DNA of 64,000 nucleotides, taken from positions 3,648,001 through 3,712,000 of the forward strand of contig OZ244653.1 of NCBI GenBank assembly GCA_965218795.1, read 5' to 3'. The position numbers were made by a program, and so were the translations under genes. The DNA is from a bacterium. GTDB taxonomy: Bacteria; UBA8248; JACPRG01; G963555815. Of the stretch, positions 58,893-64,000 are shown piece by piece. The notes beneath the pieces were generated by a model. That model searched no databases and was not told where the DNA came from. It saw only the letters and a program-made list of their open reading frames with translations. Numbering within the stretch: the stretch's first letter is position 1; each line of letters opens with the position of its first letter.

Positions 58893-58951
58893 GGGGCATC
58901 CTTCCCCCCCGGTCCCGGCAACGAGGGCAGGGGGGAGTTCAGGGGACGTTC

Positions 58952-59848
58952 CTACAGCAGTCCCAGTTCCTGGAGGGCGGCCTTCACGCCCGCGCGTTCC
59001 TCATCCGTGAGGGGCAGGAGCGGCTTCCGCGCGTCGCCGCAGGGGATGCCCAACATGGCGAGCGCTTCCTTGGCGGGGGCCACGTATCCGGGGTCGTATT
59101 CCAGGAAGCGGTTGAGGACCTGCACCTTCATGTGCAATGCCCGGGCTTCCTCGTGACGCCCGGCGGTGAAGTGATCGTAGATCTCGGCCATCTGTTTGGG
59201 GATGACGCAGGAGGCCGTCGAGAAGATCCCCCGCGAGCCGACACAGAGCGCCGGGTAGAACTGGCTGTCGATTCCCGTGTTGACGGACACACTGCCGCAG
59301 GTCAGGCGGATGGTCTCGACCAGCTGCCCCATGTCGTCCTGGCTCAGCTTGCCGCCGATGATGTTCGGGTGCCGCATGATCTCCGCCATGAGCCGGGGCG
59401 ACATCGGATTCCCCGTATAGAGGGGATTGTTGTAGATGACGACGGAGATGTCCACGGATTCGGCGACGTCGAAAAAATGCTGTTTCAGGCCCGCTTCCGG
59501 AATCTTGAAATAGTAGGTCGGCGTCAGTATGGCGGCGGCGGCTCCGACCTCCTGGGCGTCCTGGGAGAGGAAGACGGCCTCCCGGGTGCTGCCCCCCGCG
59601 GTCCCAGCGATGACCGGGATTCGGCCGCCGGTCTGATCCACGATGATGGAAGTCGCTTCCTTTCGCTCCGCCCGCGTCATGTGGGGAAATTCGCCCGTTC
59701 CTCCGGTGGACATGATCGCGTGACAGCCGTTGGCGACAACGTATTCCGTCTGTTTGCGGAGAGCCTCTTCATCGATGGTTTCGTCGCTCTTGAACGGGGT
59801 GACGATGGCCGAATAGACGCCCCGCAGGGTTTCCGCAGTCAACTCCAT
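58952..59848 (-). CDS. DapA/NAL-family aldolase (not canonical DHDPS)
   Basis: IVTPF, GGTGEF (not GTTGE), IYNNP (no R of YNVPxR), Schiff-base K in GGKLS. Confidence 0.9.
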   Translation of the reverse strand: MELTAETLRGVYSAIVTPFKSDETIDEEALRKQTEYVVANGCHAIMSTGGTGEFPHMTRAERKEATSIIVDQTGGRIPVIAGTAGGSTREAVFLSQDAQEVGAAAAILTPTYYFKIPEAGLKQHFFDVAESVDISVVIYNNPLYTGNPMSPRLMAEIMRHPNIIGGKLSQDDMGQLVETIRLTCGSVSVNTGIDSQFYPALCVGSRGIFSTASCVIPKQMAEIYDHFTAGRHEEARALHMKVQVLNRFLEYDPGYVAPAKEALAMLGIPCGDARKPLLPLTDEERAGVKAALQELGLL

Positions 59849-59932
59849 CGTTTTTCCCTCCCAAAGTTTTCCCGTTGCGGGATTTCTTGTCGAGGAGTGC
59901 GCCTGTCGATCAGACTCGGGGGTCCTCAACGA

Positions 59933-60442
59933 TCAGTCGGTGAATGATTCAATGGCCTTTTGGACCTGCCTGGCGCCCCTCTCGATATGGCTCACCAGCA
60001 GGGCGCGCGCCTGCAGGGCTTTGATGATGCCGGCGTGATCGGGGGCGAGGATGTCAAGATTCCCCTCCCTGACCTCGTCCATCCCCGCGGTGATGCACAG
60101 GCGGAATTGAGAATGGACGGCGGACCAGATTTGCGAGAGCCGCTTGTGCCGCGCCAACTCCACGAGTCGGGCATGGAAATCCAGATCGGCCTCTACGACT
60201 TCCCTCATGGTCGGTTTCATGACGAAGGTGCCGCGATGGACGTTAATGACCACCAGGCCCTCGGATGCAAGAACGCGAAGCGCCTCCCGGATGGGTCCGC
60301 GGCTGACGCTCAAGCGTTCGGCGGGTTCGGTTTCCACAAGCCGCTGGCCGAGCTTCAGATCTCCTTTGAATATGGTCTCTCGAATCGCTCCGACGACGTT
60401 TTCCGATAACCGTTTTCTTTGGAGTGAGTGCAGGGTTTTCAA
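59933..60442 (-). pseudogene. GntR/FCD regulator with apparent in-frame internal deletions
   Basis: HTH VSRGPIREAL..L..EGL intact; MREV joins directly to VEADLDFH, so the first FCD helices are missing; 169 aa. Confidence 0.65.
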
Positions 60443-60660
60443 AGCTATGTTCCAGTGGATTGGGACTGGAGGCGGCCCCGCAGTGGATGGCCGGAAAGCC
60501 GACTCTGCGTCAGGGACGCACGGTGAACCGTGATGTTCCGGTCACCGTTCCCTTCGCTGCGGTTGCCGCCCTCGAGAATGATTCAAATCTAGCATGCCGG
60601 GGAGATTGCTGCAAAGCCTGACGTTTTCCGCCGGATCTCCCGATGCGTCGGAGATGCGGA

Positions 60661-61563
60661 TTATCCGAATCCTGTGATGACCACGGCGCCCGCCACGGTC
60701 AAACAGGCCGCAAAGACCAAGGTGGGAGATATCCGTTCCATTCTCCGGAACGCAGTCGCCATAATGGCCAGGATGAACAGCGGATAAATCACAATCAGCG
60801 GCGCCAAGGTCGATACGTTCCCCCGGCCCAGTGCGATGAAATACCAGTATACCCCCAAGGCGTAAATCGAGCCCGTCACTATATATTGAGCCGCGCCGAC
60901 GACGTTGAAGCTGAACCTCTGTACGCGCGGGATCAGGCGCATGCAGGACAGGAGGACCGCCATGCCGCCGATAGAGGAAATGACCATCCCCATCACGGGG
61001 GAGGGGAGAGAGTTCATCCCGGCCTTGCGCAGAATGGGTGTAACGCCGAAGCAGACCGCGCTCAATGCGGGCCAGACGAGGTCGCCGGCGCCCATGCGTT
61101 TTCCGGCCTCATCCTCCTCCAGGCTGATGAGCAGCACGCCCACGACAATCAGGGTGGTTCCGATCAGGGTGATCCAGGTCGGCCGCTCGCCCATGAACAG
61201 AACGGCGATGGAGGTGCTGATCAGGGGGGAGACCCCGATGATGGCAGTGGTTCTGGCGACGCCGACGCGCTCGAATCCCTTGAATAGCGTGATGAAGCCG
61301 AATCCAGGGTAAAAGACTCCGGCCGCCAGGAACCAGAGGGCTCCGTTCGAGTTGAAGTCCGTCCATGAAAACGCGCCCAGGGCGATCAGGAAGAACACCA
61401 CGAGACTGACGATGGTGCCCAACAGCGAGCCCGTATACGGCGTGGAATGGCGGACCGCCAGACGTCCGATGACGTCGCCGACGGCAAAGCTGATGGACGT
61501 CATGATCGCGAGGAATTCCGCAGGAATCGTAAAGTTCATCGGCGGTTCATCCGGATTCTCCAT
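60661..61563 (-). CDS. EamA/DMT family transporter (paralog 1)
   Basis: About 10 TM; RVGVART, GERP, LRKAGM, YPLF, ERIS. Confidence 0.9.
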   Translation of the reverse strand: MENPDEPPMNFTIPAEFLAIMTSISFAVGDVIGRLAVRHSTPYTGSLLGTIVSLVVFFLIALGAFSWTDFNSNGALWFLAAGVFYPGFGFITLFKGFERVGVARTTAIIGVSPLISTSIAVLFMGERPTWITLIGTTLIVVGVLLISLEEDEAGKRMGAGDLVWPALSAVCFGVTPILRKAGMNSLPSPVMGMVISSIGGMAVLLSCMRLIPRVQRFSFNVVGAAQYIVTGSIYALGVYWYFIALGRGNVSTLAPLIVIYPLFILAIMATAFRRMERISPTLVFAACLTVAGAVVITGFG

Positions 61564-61639
61564 GAAATCCGACGGAAGAACATTCGGTCATTCCGGTGAA
61601 ACAATGGATTTCGCCGGTTGTCGAACGGGTCCATGGCGG

Positions 61640-62503
61640 CTATCGCAGGCCGGTGATGACAGCGGCTCCCGCAACAACCAGTATCGCCCCCGCGGCCAGC
61701 CGGATCGTCAAGCGTTCGAGCTTGCGGATGGACAGATACGAAATGATAAGGACAAAAAGCGGATACGTGAACAGAAGGGGCGCCAGGACCGAAACCGTTC
61801 CCTTGTTGAGTGCGATGAAATAGAGGTACACGCCGAGAGCCAGGAGCACCCCCGCGGCCGAAAAGAGGGCCAGCTCCTTTTTCCGGGCGATGAAGCGTTC
61901 GCCGGGCGGAAAGAGCCTGGCGGCGGCCGCAAGCGCCGCAACCCCCGCGAGCGAAGAGGCGGCCATCCCGAAGATCGGCGACGGGATATGGTTCATCCCC
62001 GCCTTTCGAAGAACGGGCACCAGCCCGAAAAGAAAGGCGCCGAGGAAGGGATAACCCAGGTCCTTCCGCCGGATGGGACCCGCCGCCCCTTTCTCCAGGC
62101 TGATGATCACCACGCCGCAGACAACGAACAGTGTTCCCGCGGCCACAATCCATCCGGGCCGCTCCCCCAGAAAGAGCATCGAGACGATCAGCGTGAAAAA
62201 GGGGGAGGTGCCCATGAACGCGGCGGTTCTTGCAACGCCGATTCTCCGAAACGCCTGAAAGATGACCACAATCCCGAACGCGGGGTGGACCATCCCCGCC
62301 AGAAAAAACCAGAGCGTCCCGGGGGCGTTGACGGCCGCCGGGGAGGGCAGGAACAGCCAGAGAGCGCCGAACAGGACCAGGGCCACGGCGGACGTGAGGA
62401 CCCCGCCCGTGTAGGCGGACGAGGAGCGAACGGCGACGCGTCCGATGACGTCCCCCGCGGCAATCCCGATGGCCGCCATGACGGCGAAGACTTCAGCGGG
62501 CAA
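61640..62503 (-). CDS. EamA/DMT family transporter (paralog 2)
   Basis: Same motifs: RIGVART, LGERPG, LRKAGMNHIPSP, TYPLF. Confidence 0.9.
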   Translation of the reverse strand: MPAEVFAVMAAIGIAAGDVIGRVAVRSSSAYTGGVLTSAVALVLFGALWLFLPSPAAVNAPGTLWFFLAGMVHPAFGIVVIFQAFRRIGVARTAAFMGTSPFFTLIVSMLFLGERPGWIVAAGTLFVVCGVVIISLEKGAAGPIRRKDLGYPFLGAFLFGLVPVLRKAGMNHIPSPIFGMAASSLAGVAALAAAARLFPPGERFIARKKELALFSAAGVLLALGVYLYFIALNKGTVSVLAPLLFTYPLFVLIISYLSIRKLERLTIRLAAGAILVVAGAAVITGLR

Positions 62504-62549
62504 TTGGAAGTTCTCCCGTTTTTTGGGTTCGATCCGGTCTCTGTCTTGC

Positions 62550-63425
62550 TCACCGGAACCCGGTGATCGCGATCGCTCCCGAGACGATCAACCCGGCCCC
62601 CAGCACGAGCCGCAGGCTGATCCGCTCCAGCGTCCTGAGCACGAAATGGACCATCGGCAGGATAAACAGGGGATAGGTGAACAGGAGCGGGATGACGACG
62701 GAGACCGTTCCGCGTTCCAGCGCGAGAAAGTAGACGAAAACGAATACCGCATGAATGGCGCCGGACGCGGCATACAGCCGTATCCCTCTCTTGTCCTTGG
62801 TGAATCCCCGGCCGGCCGGAAACATCCTGGCGCAGGCGGTCAGGATGATCAACCCCGAAAAAGAGGCCACGGTCATGCCGAATAGGGGCGAAGGAATGTG
62901 ATTCAAACCGGATTTTCTCAGGACCGGGACCAGACCGAACAGCAAAGCCGTGAGGAACGGATAGCCCATGTCCTTCCATCTCACGGCGCCTTTCGTTCCT
63001 TCTTCCAGACTCAGGAGAATCACGCCGAAGACGATGAGGGCCGTTCCCGCGGCGACGCTCAGGCCCGGCCGCTCCCCGAGGAACAGGACGGCAATGGAGA
63101 CCCCGAACAGCGGCGAGGTTCCCATGATGGCGGCTGTTCGGGCGACGCCCACCCGCTCGAAAGCCTTCATCAGCGTGATGAACCCGAAGGCGGGCTGAGC
63201 CAATCCCGCCAACAGAAACCAGCCGATCCCGGTCAGGTTGACCGGCGCCCCCGGCCCCACCGCCCACAAGACGCTCCCGAACAGGAGAAATCCGATGACG
63301 GACGTCATGAAGGCCCCCATGAAGGGGGACGCATGCCGGAGGGCGAGCCGGGCGACCACGTCCCCCGTCGCGAATCCGATGGCCGTTATGACCGCAAGGA
63401 ATTCGGCTATGAAGAAGAAATTCAT
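62550..63425 (-). CDS. EamA/DMT family transporter (paralog 3)
   Basis: RVGVART, LGERPG, LRKSGLNHIPSP, TYPLF. Confidence 0.9.
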   Translation of the reverse strand: MNFFFIAEFLAVITAIGFATGDVVARLALRHASPFMGAFMTSVIGFLLFGSVLWAVGPGAPVNLTGIGWFLLAGLAQPAFGFITLMKAFERVGVARTAAIMGTSPLFGVSIAVLFLGERPGLSVAAGTALIVFGVILLSLEEGTKGAVRWKDMGYPFLTALLFGLVPVLRKSGLNHIPSPLFGMTVASFSGLIILTACARMFPAGRGFTKDKRGIRLYAASGAIHAVFVFVYFLALERGTVSVVIPLLFTYPLFILPMVHFVLRTLERISLRLVLGAGLIVSGAIAITGFR

Positions 63426-63630
63426 CCTCCGCTTCCCGGTCCTGCATGACCCCTTCCGGGCTTCACCGTGCTGTATGCGCACCGCGCATCACAGCTCACG
63501 CCACGGCGGGAGCATCATCCAATTTTTTCATGGAAAACGTTGCTCTTTTATGAAGAGGGGGCGCGCGCCCCTTACGGCTCAGCGTCTGCCCCGGCCCGGT
63601 GGGATCCGACTCCCGGAGCGGTTCTCCTTC

Positions 63631-64000
63631 TCACATCAGATCGACGCCCAGCTCTGCGATGAATTTCCGGTATTCCAGCGCGATGGCGTCCGGGCCCTTG
63701 AGGTGGAGTTCTTCGCGCAGGTCGAGCGGAAGGGCCTCGGGCCGCTGACGCTCGACGATGGCCTGGTCCTGGTCGAGGATCAGCTTGTAGAGGTTCTCCT
63801 GTCCTTCCCCTTCCCCTTGCTCGACGTCCGGGTCGTAGTTGCGGGCGATCATGAAGAACCACGTACAGGAGTCCTCCGTATGGGGCGTACAGAGAAACAC
63901 CAGCACCTCTTCCCGGTCGCCCGGCTCCTCTTTCCAGTTGTAAATGGAGAAGGGGCGGGCCAGGCGGTAGACCCGACGGTGGGGCATGGGATGAATCCGG
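63631..64000 (-). CDS. C-terminal part of a Rieske non-heme iron oxygenase (VanA-like); runs off window end
   Basis: TP......WF....RNY, ILDQDQAIVERQRPE.LPLDL.EELH...D.IALEYRK. Confidence 0.8.
   Translation of the reverse strand, partial: RIHPMPHRRVYRLARPFSIYNWKEEPGDREEVLVFLCTPHTEDSCTWFFMIARNYDPDVEQGEGEGQENLYKLILDQDQAIVERQRPEALPLDLREELHLKGPDAIALEYRKFIAELGVDLM

Noticed and set aside
1-64000. tRNA, rRNA or tmRNA genes
   Set aside because: GTTCGA/GTTCAA-like hits (for example near 22020 and 28790) lack cloverleaf context; none supported by eye, though a covariance search was not possible

Overview
GC-rich bacterial chromosome window; gene content and hopanoid genes loosely suggest a Nitrospinota/Tectomicrobia-like or deltaproteobacterial-grade lineage, which is inference only. 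Housekeeping and metabolic genes: ilvD (partial), alaS, ribokinase with a frameshifted nucleoside hydrolase, peptide ABC ATPases, glcD-like oxidase, shc-hpnG, hisC-like, ArgE-like, DapA-like, three EamA transporters. Notable items: (1) an OsmC-family gene split by an in-frame UGA at the catalytic Cys position, with a SECIS-like hairpin (probable selenoprotein), lying behind a duplicated glcD promoter and leader; (2) a catabolic cluster with a soluble SdhA/FrdA-like flavoprotein with an altered active site, a 2Fe-2S-only partner, cysteine hydrolase, amidohydrolase, LLM oxidoreductase, two Arg-less RidA proteins, flavin reductase and an NMT1-type binding protein; (3) a Rieske/cytochrome b complex with a 9-heme cytochrome, divergent from a cytochrome c'; (4) a decayed archaeal-type gatE; (5) two decayed defence loci (orphan MTase with truncated endonuclease; AbiV-like gene beside an MmeI-like fragment) bounded by IS3 ends; (6) many REP/MITE-like repeats, IS481 5' stubs, a RAYT relic, a 199-bp tandem duplication and a 100-bp MITE; (7) a zone at about 50-60.5 kb eroded by small internal deletions. 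No rRNA, tRNA or CRISPR array was seen. All family assignments come from motif recognition, not database searches.
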